Shown here: positions 32,579-43,301 of the stretch, piece after piece
Position numbering within the stretch: position 1 is the stretch's first letter
Layout of the letters: the number at the start of each line of letters is the position of its first letter
Origin: Calditrichaceae bacterium
GTDB taxonomy: Bacteria > Calditrichota > Calditrichia > Calditrichales > JBFXGD01
DNA: 64,000 nt
NCBI GenBank assembly: GCA_050173015.1
Contig: JBFXLE010000005.1
Location: forward strand, 96,001-160,000
Direction: 5' to 3'
The notes under the pieces: generated by a model
Told to the model about the DNA's origin: nothing
Database searches by the model: none
Seen by the model: only the letters and a program-made list of their open reading frames with translations
Program-made: the position numbers and the translations under genes

Positions 32579-33757
32579 ATGACAACTTTACTAAGTCTTG
32601 TTCTGCTCATATTTGTCGCGTATATCGGATCAATCTTTTATCAACGTCTGCGGATTAACGCGCTCTGGATGAAGAGTTTTGCTTATTCTGGAAGTGTGTA
32701 TCTGCTGCTCGGGTATTTGATTGGACCATCATCGCTAAAAATTGTGACCATGGATATCCTGGATCAATTGAAAGTACTTTTCGCACTTGTTTTGGGTTGG
32801 GCAGGGTTCTTAATAGGATTACAGGTTAATATCAGGGCTTTAAAAAGATTCCAAATATCATATTATAAATTTGCAACATTAAATTTTATCATTGCTTTAT
32901 TATTGACATATTTCGCGCTTCTTTATTCCTTTGAACAAATTTTTCACATCACCGATAAAAATGAGATATTTATACTTTCACTTGCTACCGCGGTGACATC
33001 TCCGATTATCATTGGTGTGGTATCCAGGGAAAGAAAACTGTCTGGTAGATTATCGCATTTGCTTCAGTTTAGCGCTGGCTATGATAATATTCTTGGAATC
33101 ATAATCGTGGGCATATTCGCGGCGGTTGTTTGTGATACAACGCTTATTGGGGGTTTTCATCCGGGGGTGTTGCTGATCCTTGTATCGGCGGCCATTGGAC
33201 TGATAGCCGCGTATCTTTATCAGTTACTGTCAAAAGAATTGAAGACAGAAGAAGAGAATTTCCTGCTTCTGCTTGGGTTGATGATATTTATTGTAGGGAT
33301 TGCCCTATACCTAAGCCAGAGCCTGCTTTTTATATCATTCGTATTCGGCGCGGGACTTGCGAACCGAAAAATGGATACCAAAAAGTTGTTTTTAAATATT
33401 GAAAAAATAGAGAAACCACTATATATCCTGCTATTAATATATGTAGGCGCCAAATTGGATTTAACGGATCCCGTGTATATAGCATTATTAACAATATTTC
33501 TGGCTGTAAATGTTTTAACAAAATTGTTATCTGGAGTTATGGCGAATTATACGCTGAATAAACACTCAAGATTAAAAAAATCGATCGGACTGGCAAATTT
33601 GGGCATGGGAGGTTTGTCGCTGGCCCTGATTCTTGATTTTCATTTGATAAATTCATCTGAATATACGCCGATACTTTTATTTGTGTTAACAATTTCAATT
33701 ATTCTAAACGATTTGTTTTCAATGATTTATCTGGATAAAATAACGGTAAAGAATTAA
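32579..33757 (+). CDS. Cation:proton antiporter-family membrane protein
   Basis: About 12 TM segments; GYLIGP, WAGFLIGL, AVTSP, YDN. Confidence 0.7.
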   Translation: MTTLLSLVLLIFVAYIGSIFYQRLRINALWMKSFAYSGSVYLLLGYLIGPSSLKIVTMDILDQLKVLFALVLGWAGFLIGLQVNIRALKRFQISYYKFATLNFIIALLLTYFALLYSFEQIFHITDKNEIFILSLATAVTSPIIIGVVSRERKLSGRLSHLLQFSAGYDNILGIIIVGIFAAVVCDTTLIGGFHPGVLLILVSAAIGLIAAYLYQLLSKELKTEEENFLLLLGLMIFIVGIALYLSQSLLFISFVFGAGLANRKMDTKKLFLNIEKIEKPLYILLLIYVGAKLDLTDPVYIALLTIFLAVNVLTKLLSGVMANYTLNKHSRLKKSIGLANLGMGGLSLALILDFHLINSSEYTPILLFVLTISIILNDLFSMIYLDKITVKN

Positions 33758-33771
33758 ACTAAAAGGACAGA

Positions 33772-35061
33772 ATGGCCAGAATTATCATCACAATTTCTTT
33801 ACTGGTACTGTTTTCTTTTATCAAATATGTTGTCAACTATGACGGAGATTTGTCCGCGGAAACGACGATGTTGACAGGTATTATGTTACTGTCTTCATAC
33901 CTTTTAGCTATTTCATTAAAGGATATAAAGCTACCTAAATTATCCGGTTATATGCTGATGGGGATCGTTCTGGGACCCATCGGATTAAATTTTCTCACCC
34001 ATGATATTCTGGATAATTTAAAATTCCTCGAAAATCTGGCGCTATCATTTATTGCAATAACAGCAGGAGGCGAATTTAAGCGGGAACGTGTGAGAAAGAT
34101 CCTAAAGTCTGTTATTTATTTAATCGTAGGGCAGTCAGTATTCGTTTTTGTGGGATTATTTATTTTAATAATATTTCTTGCTGAATATATACCTTACCTT
34201 GCACGGCTGGATTCGGGCCTGTTAATCGGATTCGCGATTATGTTCGCAGGGACGGCAACCGCAAAATCACCCGCGATAACCATTGGTATAATTACAGAGC
34301 TTAAGTCAAAGGGAAAAATGACGGATATGGTTCTGGCGGTGACAGTAATTAAATCAATCTTGCTGATTTTGCTGTTTCCGTTTATGATATCCGCCGCAAA
34401 GATATTTATAATAGAGGGAACCGTTATAAATATCGGAATGCTTTCTGAACTTTCCGTTCAATTTATGAGTTCGATCGGGCTGGGGACAATCCTGGGCGTT
34501 TTGACAATTATTTATATAAAATATATTAATAAGGAAGTCAGCTTGTTTTTGTTGGGTATAGCGATAATCATTATGGAAATAAGCGCTCTCTTTAATGTGG
34601 AAATTCTGCTGGCGTCGCTTGTAACAGGCATAATAGTGGAAAATTTTTCCAAACATGGAGATTCGCTGATTCAGGGAATTGAAGGAAGCTCTCTGCCGCT
34701 ATACATCATATTTTTCTGTTTCGCGGGCGCGGATTTACATTTGGGGACGTTAAAGCAGGCGTTATTATTGACAACATTGCTTGTTCTGGGGCGATTAGTA
34801 TTCATCTATGCGGGAAATTACGTAGGCGCTCTTCTTGCCGGTGAAAACAGGAACATTAAAAATCTTTCATGGATGGGATTTGTTGGGCAGGCGGGTATTG
34901 CTGTGGGATTGGCAACGATAATTGAGAATACCTTCCCGGGTGTGGTAGGACAACAATTAAAGACGATCCTGATCGCGACGGTAGTCATCAATGAATTGAT
35001 AGGCCCGATTTTCTTTAAATATATTTTGATTAAGTCTGGTGAAACACAAAAAAAGGGGTAG
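33772..35061 (+). CDS. Cation:proton antiporter-family membrane protein
   Basis: LPKLSGYMLMGIVLGP, ATAKSPA, GQAGIAVGL, INELIGP. Confidence 0.8.
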   Translation: MARIIITISLLVLFSFIKYVVNYDGDLSAETTMLTGIMLLSSYLLAISLKDIKLPKLSGYMLMGIVLGPIGLNFLTHDILDNLKFLENLALSFIAITAGGEFKRERVRKILKSVIYLIVGQSVFVFVGLFILIIFLAEYIPYLARLDSGLLIGFAIMFAGTATAKSPAITIGIITELKSKGKMTDMVLAVTVIKSILLILLFPFMISAAKIFIIEGTVINIGMLSELSVQFMSSIGLGTILGVLTIIYIKYINKEVSLFLLGIAIIIMEISALFNVEILLASLVTGIIVENFSKHGDSLIQGIEGSSLPLYIIFFCFAGADLHLGTLKQALLLTTLLVLGRLVFIYAGNYVGALLAGENRNIKNLSWMGFVGQAGIAVGLATIIENTFPGVVGQQLKTILIATVVINELIGPIFFKYILIKSGETQKKG

Positions 35062-35065
35062 TAGT

Positions 35066-35824
35066 TTGGCGGAAACAGAAAAAAAAATTATGCCTGGGTG
35101 TGAGCCCATATTTCAGAAAGGAAATAAAACCGGTGTATTGCTGCTGCACGGCTTTACGGGGAGTCCGTTTGAAATGAAGCCCTTAGCGGATTCTCTTATT
35201 CAGGATGGGTATACGGTAAGCGTGCCTCTGTTGTGCGGCCATGGCACAAATCATGACGATTTGTTAAAATGTAAATGGGATGACTGGTTTAATAACGTAA
35301 AAGAAGCATTGTTTGAGATGCGTAAAAACTGTAAAAAAGTAATAGTTTGCGGATTGTCAACGGGGGGGAGCCTTGCCTTGCATTTGGCGGCGCATTATCA
35401 GATTGAAGGGATCGTGGCTCTTGCCCCGGGACTTGTTTTGAAGGAGAAAAAATCAATACTTCTCCCATTTGTCGCACCGTTTAAAAAATACCGTAGCAAT
35501 AACAGCGGGCCGGATATAAGTGATTCTGAAATGAAAAAAAAGATACCTGTTTATACAAAGACCCCATTAAAAGCAGCTCTGGAAATCGTAAGACTTTACG
35601 AGCATCTTCGTATGGATCTTCCAGAAATTTATTCTCCCCTAATGCTTGCGCACTCCAGGAATGATCATGTGGTGGATTTTAAAAGTTCCGAACTGATTTA
35701 TGAGAACGTTTCATCAAAAAACAAAAGATTTTTAAAACTGGAGAAATCATATCATATAATCACATTGGACATTGAGCAAAAAATTTTATTTCGGGAAATA
35801 AAGAAATTTATAAATGAAGTTTAA
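35066..35824 (+). CDS. Alpha/beta-hydrolase carboxylesterase (start uncertain)
   Basis: LLHGFTG, GLSTGG nucleophile elbow, DHVV, SYHIIT. Confidence 0.88.
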   Translation: MAETEKKIMPGCEPIFQKGNKTGVLLLHGFTGSPFEMKPLADSLIQDGYTVSVPLLCGHGTNHDDLLKCKWDDWFNNVKEALFEMRKNCKKVIVCGLSTGGSLALHLAAHYQIEGIVALAPGLVLKEKKSILLPFVAPFKKYRSNNSGPDISDSEMKKKIPVYTKTPLKAALEIVRLYEHLRMDLPEIYSPLMLAHSRNDHVVDFKSSELIYENVSSKNKRFLKLEKSYHIITLDIEQKILFREIKKFINEV

Positions 35825-35908
35825 ACTGCGGATGCCCGGACATAGCAAATCTTGATTAACAGTTTAAAATTAATTAAATTATAAACTTAATAAAAAAAAT
35901 ATACCAAT

Positions 35909-36892
35909 ATGTCAGAACTGCGAAAAGATCCGATTTTAGGCCGGTGGGTAATTATTTCAAAAGAAAGAGGTAAGCGTCCGATTGATTTTGAGATAATCGC
36001 CGCCTCTTCCAAATCCGAATATTGCCCTTTCTGCCCCGGAAACGAAGAAAGCACACCGCCGGAAATTTATCAATTCTCCGGTGAGAATCATGGCTGGGAT
36101 CTAAGAGTAATACCAAATAAATTTCCGGTATTACATGTTGAAGGGAATCTGGATCGCAAGGGAGAAGGAATTTATGATCTTCTGAACGGCATCGGCGCCC
36201 ATGAGGTGATTATTGAAACGAATGATCATGACGTACAGATGGAAAATTATAACCAGCCACATCTTGAAAATATCCTCAAGACTTATCGCTCGAGAATACT
36301 TGATTTAAAAAATGATCAGCGTCTTAAGTATGCGATTGTATTCAAGAATCATGGCGCGGATGCCGGTGCATCATTGGAGCACGCGCATTCCCAACTGGTT
36401 GCGCTTCCGATAGTACCCCAGATCATAAGCGAAGAACTTGCCGGGTCGAAGAAATATTTTGATTTTAAGGAACGGTGTATTTTTTGTGATATCATTGATC
36501 AGGAGCTTGAACAGCAAAAAAGAATCGTTCTTGATAGTGAGCATTTTATAGCGATAGAGCCTTATGCAGCCAGGTTCCCGTTCGAAACTTGGATACTCCC
36601 AAAAAAACATGAGTCCAATTTTGAGATGCTGGAGAACAACCGAATACCCAACCTGGCAAATTTGTTGTTGAACACATTAAAAAAACTAAAAATCGCATTA
36701 AATAATGCATCATATAACCTGGTTATTCACAGTGCTCCTTTTGCAAATGAATTTATGTCTTATTATCACTGGCATATCGAAATTATACCTAAGATTTCTC
36801 AGGTAGCGGGTTTTGAATGGGGGACCGGATTCTATATTAATCCGACATCACCCGAAGAAGCTGCAGAGTTTTTACAAAATATAACATTTTAA
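35909..36892 (+). CDS. galT: Galactose-1-phosphate uridylyltransferase family (HIT) protein
   Basis: ELRKDP, CPFCPGNE, PNKFP, GASLEHAHSQ, YHWHIEI.P. Confidence 0.88.
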   Translation: MSELRKDPILGRWVIISKERGKRPIDFEIIAASSKSEYCPFCPGNEESTPPEIYQFSGENHGWDLRVIPNKFPVLHVEGNLDRKGEGIYDLLNGIGAHEVIIETNDHDVQMENYNQPHLENILKTYRSRILDLKNDQRLKYAIVFKNHGADAGASLEHAHSQLVALPIVPQIISEELAGSKKYFDFKERCIFCDIIDQELEQQKRIVLDSEHFIAIEPYAARFPFETWILPKKHESNFEMLENNRIPNLANLLLNTLKKLKIALNNASYNLVIHSAPFANEFMSYYHWHIEIIPKISQVAGFEWGTGFYINPTSPEEAAEFLQNITF

Positions 36893-36914
36893 AGCTAAAG
36901 ATGATGAGGTTATC

Positions 36915-38393
36915 ATGAAACAGTTCAAAATTTTATATCTGGCATCAGAAGTGGCACCTTTTGCAAAAGCAGGCGGCTTAGCGGATGTAACCGGTGCCTT
37001 GCCGAAAGCACTAAAAGGATTGAACCAGGAAATTCGAATCATGATGCCGAAATATAAATTCATAAATGAAAGAAAGTTTGTGCTCCGGGAGGTTATCCGA
37101 TTAAAAGAAATACCGGTTACTATTAACGGCCGCACAGAGATAGCGAATGTGAAGTCCGCTTTTCTGCCCGATAGTAAGGTTCAGATATATTTTATTGAAA
37201 TTGCCGATTTCTTCTCTCGTCCGGGAATCTATGGAGATCCCAATACGGGCGAACCGTATGAGGATAATGCCGAAAGATTCGCTTTTTTCTCAAAAGCGGC
37301 GATGGAAACATTAAAAATACTATCCTGGCAGCCTGACGCGATACATTGTAATGACTGGCAGACTGCGTGCGTCCCGGTGTATCTCAAAACGCTCTATCAG
37401 GGAGATCCCTTTTTCAAAGGTGTAAAAACAGTATATACTATTCATAATCTGACTTCGCAGGGGGCGTTTGATACAAAAAAGGCCAAGCCGATAGAATTTG
37501 ATGAGAGCCAGGTTAAGGAAGGTGGAATGTTTTACAAGGACGGCATGCTGAATCTCACCAAAGGCGCGATTTACTTTTCAGATTTTATTACCACCGTTTC
37601 AGGAAATTACGCGTCTGAGATTGTCAGCGATGCTAAATTCGGATTTGGATTCGGAAAGCTGTTAGATGAGATGGGTGAGAAATTTGAAGGTATTCTTAAC
37701 GGAGTAGATTACACGGTCTGGACGCCGGACACGGATAAACTGATTCCGAATCAATATTCCGGTGAAGATATGTCGGGCAAGGAAGAGAACAAAGAAGCGC
37801 TTATACTTAGGCTGGGCGTAAAAATCAAACCCGATGTTCCCGTGATCAGTTTGATTTCCAGGATTTCAGAGCAAAAAGGATTAGATCTGGTCGTGGGTGC
37901 TTTGGATGAGTTGTTAAAATTGAATTTACATCTAAGTATCATTGGTGACGGAGAACCGGAGCTCACTGAAAAAATAGCTGCCTATCATAAGAAATTTCCG
38001 GATAAAATTAGTATTAATGTCAATTTTGATGAAAAAATGATACATCTGGCTCTTGCCGGGTCGGATCTGTATATAATGCCATCAAAATATGAACCGTGTG
38101 GTTTGAATCAGATATACAGTATGAAATACGGCACCATTCCAATCGTGTCAGCCGTCGGTGGGCTTTATGATACCGTGGATGATATAGATATGAAATCGGG
38201 TGAAGGCACCGGACTCATACTTGAAACTCTTTCATCAAAGAGTATTGTAGATGCCGTCAAAAAGGCGCTTACTTTATACGGAAACAAGGAATTGTGGAGC
38301 GAATTGCAGAAGCGGATTATGAATGAAGATTTTTCATGGGAAGTTTCCGCAAATCGATATGTCGATATATATGACAGAGTCATAAATGATTAA
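36915..38393 (+). CDS. glgA: Glycogen synthase
   Basis: SEVAPFAKAGGLADV, HCNDWQT, TIHNL, PSKYEPCGL. Confidence 0.93.
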   Translation: MKQFKILYLASEVAPFAKAGGLADVTGALPKALKGLNQEIRIMMPKYKFINERKFVLREVIRLKEIPVTINGRTEIANVKSAFLPDSKVQIYFIEIADFFSRPGIYGDPNTGEPYEDNAERFAFFSKAAMETLKILSWQPDAIHCNDWQTACVPVYLKTLYQGDPFFKGVKTVYTIHNLTSQGAFDTKKAKPIEFDESQVKEGGMFYKDGMLNLTKGAIYFSDFITTVSGNYASEIVSDAKFGFGFGKLLDEMGEKFEGILNGVDYTVWTPDTDKLIPNQYSGEDMSGKEENKEALILRLGVKIKPDVPVISLISRISEQKGLDLVVGALDELLKLNLHLSIIGDGEPELTEKIAAYHKKFPDKISINVNFDEKMIHLALAGSDLYIMPSKYEPCGLNQIYSMKYGTIPIVSAVGGLYDTVDDIDMKSGEGTGLILETLSSKSIVDAVKKALTLYGNKELWSELQKRIMNEDFSWEVSANRYVDIYDRVIND

Positions 38394-38448
38394 ACTTCGG
38401 AGGTTTAATATCCGGGAACGGCGGATTTAATACAACGGGAACACCGGT

Positions 38449-39018
38449 ATGAACAGAGCAGTATTTCTCGACAGGGATGGAACCATAAATGAGGAAATGG
38501 GTTATATAAACCACGTCAAAAGGTTCCGGATATTTGATTTTGTTCCTGAGGCAATTAAGATTTTTAATTTACTTGGATTTAAGGTAATAGTAGTTACAAA
38601 TCAGTCAGGGCTTGGTCGGGGTTATTTTGATGAGCGCTTATTGGATGAAGTTCACAAAACACTTCTAACAACGGTATCGGAGCAGGACGGAAAAATAGAT
38701 AAAATCTACTATTGCCCGCATCATCCAACGGACGCGATAGATAAATACAGAATGGATTGTAATTGCCGTAAACCAAAGACAGGAATGATTGATCAGGCCC
38801 GGGAAGAATTTAACATCGATATGAACAATTCGTTCATGATCGGAGACCGGTTTAAGGATGTGGAATTTGGTAAAAAAGCAGGATTGCAGACGGTTATGGT
38901 GTTAACAGGTTATGGATTGGGAGAATATACTTATCAAAGAAAAGACTGGTCATTCCTTCCCGACCATTTTGCGGATAATCTGCTTGAAGCGGCAAAGATA
39001 ATTACAAAACTGGTCTGA
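38449..39018 (+). CDS. gmhB: D-glycero-D-manno-heptose 1,7-bisphosphate phosphatase (HAD IIIA)
   Basis: FLDRDGTIN, VTNQSG, CPHHP...CNCRKP, IGDR. Confidence 0.88.
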   Translation: MNRAVFLDRDGTINEEMGYINHVKRFRIFDFVPEAIKIFNLLGFKVIVVTNQSGLGRGYFDERLLDEVHKTLLTTVSEQDGKIDKIYYCPHHPTDAIDKYRMDCNCRKPKTGMIDQAREEFNIDMNNSFMIGDRFKDVEFGKKAGLQTVMVLTGYGLGEYTYQRKDWSFLPDHFADNLLEAAKIITKLV

Positions 39019-39041
39019 GAAACAAAACGGTTTATTTCAGA

Positions 39042-39070
39042 TTGACATAAAAAATGTGAATTTATAAATT
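39042..39070 (+). promoter_or_regulatory. Sigma70-type promoter
   Basis: TTGACA-17 nt-TAAATT. Confidence 0.45.
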
Positions 39071-39101
39071 AGCAAACTCAAAATTATCACTCAGGGACGG
39101 T

Positions 39102-40307
39102 ATGAAATCTAAGCTTATATTAATTTCAATTGTGTTTTTGGCATCATTATGGGGATGCTCAGATCTGGAAGATACACCTTCCAGCGCTGAATTTAATCTT
39201 GATGATCGCTATGGTTCGTTTGTAATAGATACGATTTACGCGGTAAAAGATACTTTTATCGTTGGTGATTATTTCGATACAGATCTTTCCGAGAAACTGT
39301 CAGTTGGCAAGATTGATGGGATTGAAGCCAGTTTCCTCATTAAAGTTCTAAGTTTTCCCGACAGCGCGCTTCACCTGGATTCTGCGTTTATATTGCTAAA
39401 TGGGGCCGGTACTTTTTCAAGAGACATTCAGAATATTGATCTCAAAATTTATGAAACCGGAAAAGAATGGGAACAAGATGTCAATAAAGATGAGACGTGG
39501 CATCATTTTCAGCCGGCAACGGATCCAATAATAAATTATTCCCTGGATGTGGATGATACTACGGAGCATAAAATTTCTATTGATCCGGAAGTGGTTTTGA
39601 GATGGCGCGATGAGCAAGAATTAAACACCGGGCTATATTTTAAAGCGGCTGAAAATACGGATGGTGTAATTAAGGAATTCGGATCATTTAATTCCAGCAC
39701 ACTATTTCCAAAAATTGTGTATGTAATGAGTACGGACACATCTACAATTCGGGATACTATTAATGTTGGTCTGGATGCTACTATTTTTGATTATCCAGAT
39801 GACGGTAGCGGCGCGTTCGATCTCAGCAAGAACGAAGATAAATTGTTTGTATCAAGCGGGATTTCAGCGCATTCGTTTTTTAAGTTTGATTTTTCTGTAA
39901 TACCAAAGACCGCCTTGATTGACCAGGCCATTTTATCGGTTGAGATAGATGATGATAATGATCTTGAAAATCCGGGCCATTCCGCAACGTTTTATATTAG
40001 ATCAATTACTGAAGCGAGCGAGGATCTAAGTACCTATGAAATGGATTCTCTGTTCATCACATATGCAGATTTGAATTTCCTGCATTCTGAAGATGACGGA
40101 ATGCTGGTGACCTCCGAAACAAGCAGATCAAGTTTTGGAAAAAATCTAATTCAGCTAAGCGTAGATGGATCTGTAACGAATGAGTGGTTATATCTGCAAT
40201 ATGTTTCAGAAAGAACAGATTTTTCGGTTAAAAAGTTTCGCGGCTTAGAATCGTATGTTAATCATCCGCCAAGGATCATCGTCAAGTATTTTAGAGTAGA
40301 ACAATAA
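39102..40307 (+). CDS. Hypothetical acidic, beta-rich lipoprotein
   Basis: Lipobox LWGC; FKFDFS.IP..A.I..A.L pattern. Confidence 0.7.
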   Translation: MKSKLILISIVFLASLWGCSDLEDTPSSAEFNLDDRYGSFVIDTIYAVKDTFIVGDYFDTDLSEKLSVGKIDGIEASFLIKVLSFPDSALHLDSAFILLNGAGTFSRDIQNIDLKIYETGKEWEQDVNKDETWHHFQPATDPIINYSLDVDDTTEHKISIDPEVVLRWRDEQELNTGLYFKAAENTDGVIKEFGSFNSSTLFPKIVYVMSTDTSTIRDTINVGLDATIFDYPDDGSGAFDLSKNEDKLFVSSGISAHSFFKFDFSVIPKTALIDQAILSVEIDDDNDLENPGHSATFYIRSITEASEDLSTYEMDSLFITYADLNFLHSEDDGMLVTSETSRSSFGKNLIQLSVDGSVTNEWLYLQYVSERTDFSVKKFRGLESYVNHPPRIIVKYFRVEQ

Positions 40308-40332
40308 TCTTAAAAATGAATTGGACCTGTGA

Positions 40333-41538
40333 ATGAAACGAAATATTGTGATTTTTCTTTTACTTCTTGTAAATATATCTTTCGCCGGTGAATCGATGTT
40401 CGGAGTGGTCGATAATGGCGTTGGTTTCTTAAAAACAATCAGTTCGGCAGCGGGACAGGGAAGATCCTATGAGATGGCCGTGAATGATTCTGTGCAGTTA
40501 AACTATAGAAATTATGCAAACTGGACGAGTATCCCAAATACATCATTTACAATTAAGTTTGGATATGACGCGATTTTTTCGGATGACCTGACGAATGATT
40601 ATTACGGGGATTCCGGAAATTTTCAGGGCGGGTATCTCGCCATACCGATCTTGCAGAGAAAATTAATTTTAGGCGGTGGTATTCAGCCGATCACGAACGT
40701 GGAACAGCGTATCGTTGATGAGACCAGTTATGATTCAGGTAGCACTACGGTTATTAAAGAAAATTTATTTATGGATGGTGGGCTCGACAGAGCGCTGCTT
40801 AATCTTTCATACAGATTTAATTTGCTAAGTGTCAGTCTCGGGTGGGAATATACATTTGGCAATATAACCGAGAATCTGGTTCTCGATATAGAAGATAATA
40901 CCACATCCCAACTGTATTTAAATTATGACAATTTATACTCGGGACATGGTATGGTGATCAATGCGTTTACAGATAAAATTAAGGATGTGAATCTGGGAGT
41001 CACCATACGTCCGGCAGTGGACCTTGATCTTGAAAGAAAGGGCGATTCCAATTCGGAAGTAGTCGATAAAACCCAAAAGAGCACGGTGACTCTTCCTGCG
41101 GAATATAATCTGGGTATGGAATACCAGATTAGCAATCGCCTGGCGGCCGGCATGGATGTGATGTATCAGGATTGGAAGAACGGTTATAAAATCGATGGAA
41201 ATAAAGTTGAAAACTATGAAAAATATTATAAAATTGGTGTAGGAATAGAAAGAAAATCAAGCGAGAAAAGATTCATCAATTTAGGCCAGCAGATTGATTA
41301 TAGAATGGGCCTATATCTGAGTCAATTAAATATCACAAGAAATGAAGAACCCGTAAAGGAATATGGACTTTCTCTGGGGTTTTCATTGCCGATTCAGAGG
41401 TTCCGGTCCAAAATTGATTTTTCCGGTATCGTTGGCAAACGCGGAAGTCTTTCTACCAATGGCCTGGAAGAGACATTCGTTTCATTCGGTATATCGGTAA
41501 GCGCCAGTGAGAAATGGTTTGTGAAGCTTGACAAGTGA
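40333..41538 (+). CDS. Outer-membrane beta-barrel protein (FadL/PorV-like)
   Basis: Signal peptide, amphipathic beta-strands, C-terminal EKWF. Confidence 0.65.
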   Translation: MKRNIVIFLLLLVNISFAGESMFGVVDNGVGFLKTISSAAGQGRSYEMAVNDSVQLNYRNYANWTSIPNTSFTIKFGYDAIFSDDLTNDYYGDSGNFQGGYLAIPILQRKLILGGGIQPITNVEQRIVDETSYDSGSTTVIKENLFMDGGLDRALLNLSYRFNLLSVSLGWEYTFGNITENLVLDIEDNTTSQLYLNYDNLYSGHGMVINAFTDKIKDVNLGVTIRPAVDLDLERKGDSNSEVVDKTQKSTVTLPAEYNLGMEYQISNRLAAGMDVMYQDWKNGYKIDGNKVENYEKYYKIGVGIERKSSEKRFINLGQQIDYRMGLYLSQLNITRNEEPVKEYGLSLGFSLPIQRFRSKIDFSGIVGKRGSLSTNGLEETFVSFGISVSASEKWFVKLDK

Positions 41539-41548
41539 TGCGTGAATA

Positions 41549-42841
41549 ATGGAGGATTCAGAAATGATTAAAATGAAATGGTTGTTAATCATCACGGTTT
41601 TAATGACTATGGCAGCATTTAATTCACCGCTGCAGGCTCAGGTAGATGAAATACTGGAGCTGGATTCAACAGAACAGACAGAACAAAATAATTGTGTGCC
41701 CGAAAATTTAAATACACCTTATGATAAATTTGCAGAGACTGAATTTGAAACCAGTGTTCCAATGCTGTATAACTTCGGAACAGAGCATTTTAAAAACAAA
41801 AATTATAAGGAAGCTCTGCCTTATTTATGGAAAGTGTTTTTGCATGATGAAGGCAAAAGAGCGCGCTTATCTATCAGTAAAATAGCGCAAATATATTTTG
41901 AAGAACAAAAAGTGGATAGTGTATTAATTTCCTGTTTCAGGGGTTTGGAACGTTTTCCGGAATTGATCCTTCTGCATTATTATGCCGGTTATATTCAGGA
42001 TAAGCTTGGTAAATTCCGCTGCGCGATTCCTCATTATGAAAAACTGGTGGAGAGTGATTCCACAAATAAAGCATATCTGAAAACGATTGCTTTCCTCTAT
42101 TATAAGGATGAGGATGAAAGGGCGATAGAAATGCAGGAAAGATTGGTCGCTCTTGATCCGGCTAACTCGGAGGAGGCAAATTCTCTGGCCCAATACAATG
42201 TATATTTCCATGGAGCCGGAGCCGGGCTGGACGCCTACAAACAGGCTTATGAGAATGATCCGGAAAATGTGGATGTTGCCTTAAGTTACGGAAAGTCTGC
42301 TCTGGAATCAGGCAAATATAACGAATCGCTTGAACCGTTGAGCAAAGCAATCGCAAAAAATCCGGGCACAAAAGCCCTGACTCTGAGAGCGTCGGCTTAT
42401 GAAAACCTGAGCAGATTTAATGATGCGATTTCTGACTATAAAAAAGTTTTGGAAAATGAACCAAACAACGCGGATGTCATGTTAAACATTTCCTTGAATT
42501 ACCGTTCATTGAATAGCTATAGTAACGCAAACTATTGGATAAGTAAAGCTCTGAGCGCGAAACCCGGTTATGGTTTTGCTTATATCATCAGAGGGGAGCT
42601 TTATGAAGCGGCTGTTTCATATTGCCAGGGTCAGAGAGGCGGCAAAGTAAAATATGAAGATAAACTGGTATATGAAAAAGCGAATTCCGAATATGATAAA
42701 GCGAAGAATGATCCTATCTTCCGTTCAAAAGCGACGGTCAAACAAAATAATTTAAAACCGTTTTTACCGACAACTGAAGATAAATTTATGCACAAGAACG
42801 ATAAGATAAAAGACGACTGCTTCAGTTGGATCGCTAATTAG
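41549..42841 (+). CDS. Secreted TPR-repeat protein
   Basis: Signal peptide and multiple TPR motifs. Confidence 0.8.
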   Translation: MEDSEMIKMKWLLIITVLMTMAAFNSPLQAQVDEILELDSTEQTEQNNCVPENLNTPYDKFAETEFETSVPMLYNFGTEHFKNKNYKEALPYLWKVFLHDEGKRARLSISKIAQIYFEEQKVDSVLISCFRGLERFPELILLHYYAGYIQDKLGKFRCAIPHYEKLVESDSTNKAYLKTIAFLYYKDEDERAIEMQERLVALDPANSEEANSLAQYNVYFHGAGAGLDAYKQAYENDPENVDVALSYGKSALESGKYNESLEPLSKAIAKNPGTKALTLRASAYENLSRFNDAISDYKKVLENEPNNADVMLNISLNYRSLNSYSNANYWISKALSAKPGYGFAYIIRGELYEAAVSYCQGQRGGKVKYEDKLVYEKANSEYDKAKNDPIFRSKATVKQNNLKPFLPTTEDKFMHKNDKIKDDCFSWIAN

Positions 42842-42850
42842 GAGTATGAT

Positions 42851-43291
42851 TTGAAGATAGCAATTGGTTCTGATCACGCAGGGTATTTGCTGAAAGAAAC
42901 GATTAAAAAATTTCTTGGCGAAAAGGAAATCGAATTTACTGATTATGGTACATTTAAAATGGATTCAGTCGATTATCCTGAATATAGTTATAAGGTCGGT
43001 CAGTCGGTAGCGTCCGGTGATTGTGACCTGGGCATTCTTATATGCGGAACCGGAATCGGAATGTGTATTACGGCAAATAAAATTAAAGGAATCCGTGCTG
43101 CTCTGGCCTATAATGTTGAAACAGCTCAGCTAAGCCGTTTGCATAATGACTCGAATGTATTGTGCTTAGGCGGAAGGATGTTAAAAGAAGAAGACGCTCT
43201 TGAAATAGTCGACGCCTGGTTTAATACAACTTTTGAAGGGGGACGCCACCAATCCAGGCTTAACCTGATTTCTCAATTAACAGGATTGTAA
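42851..43291 (+). CDS. rpiB: Ribose-5-phosphate isomerase B
   Basis: GSDHAG, VDYP, CGTGIG, HNDSNVL, FEGGRH. Confidence 0.96.
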   Translation: MKIAIGSDHAGYLLKETIKKFLGEKEIEFTDYGTFKMDSVDYPEYSYKVGQSVASGDCDLGILICGTGIGMCITANKIKGIRAALAYNVETAQLSRLHNDSNVLCLGGRMLKEEDALEIVDAWFNTTFEGGRHQSRLNLISQLTGL

Positions 43292-43301
43292 GGGAGTTGT
43301 T

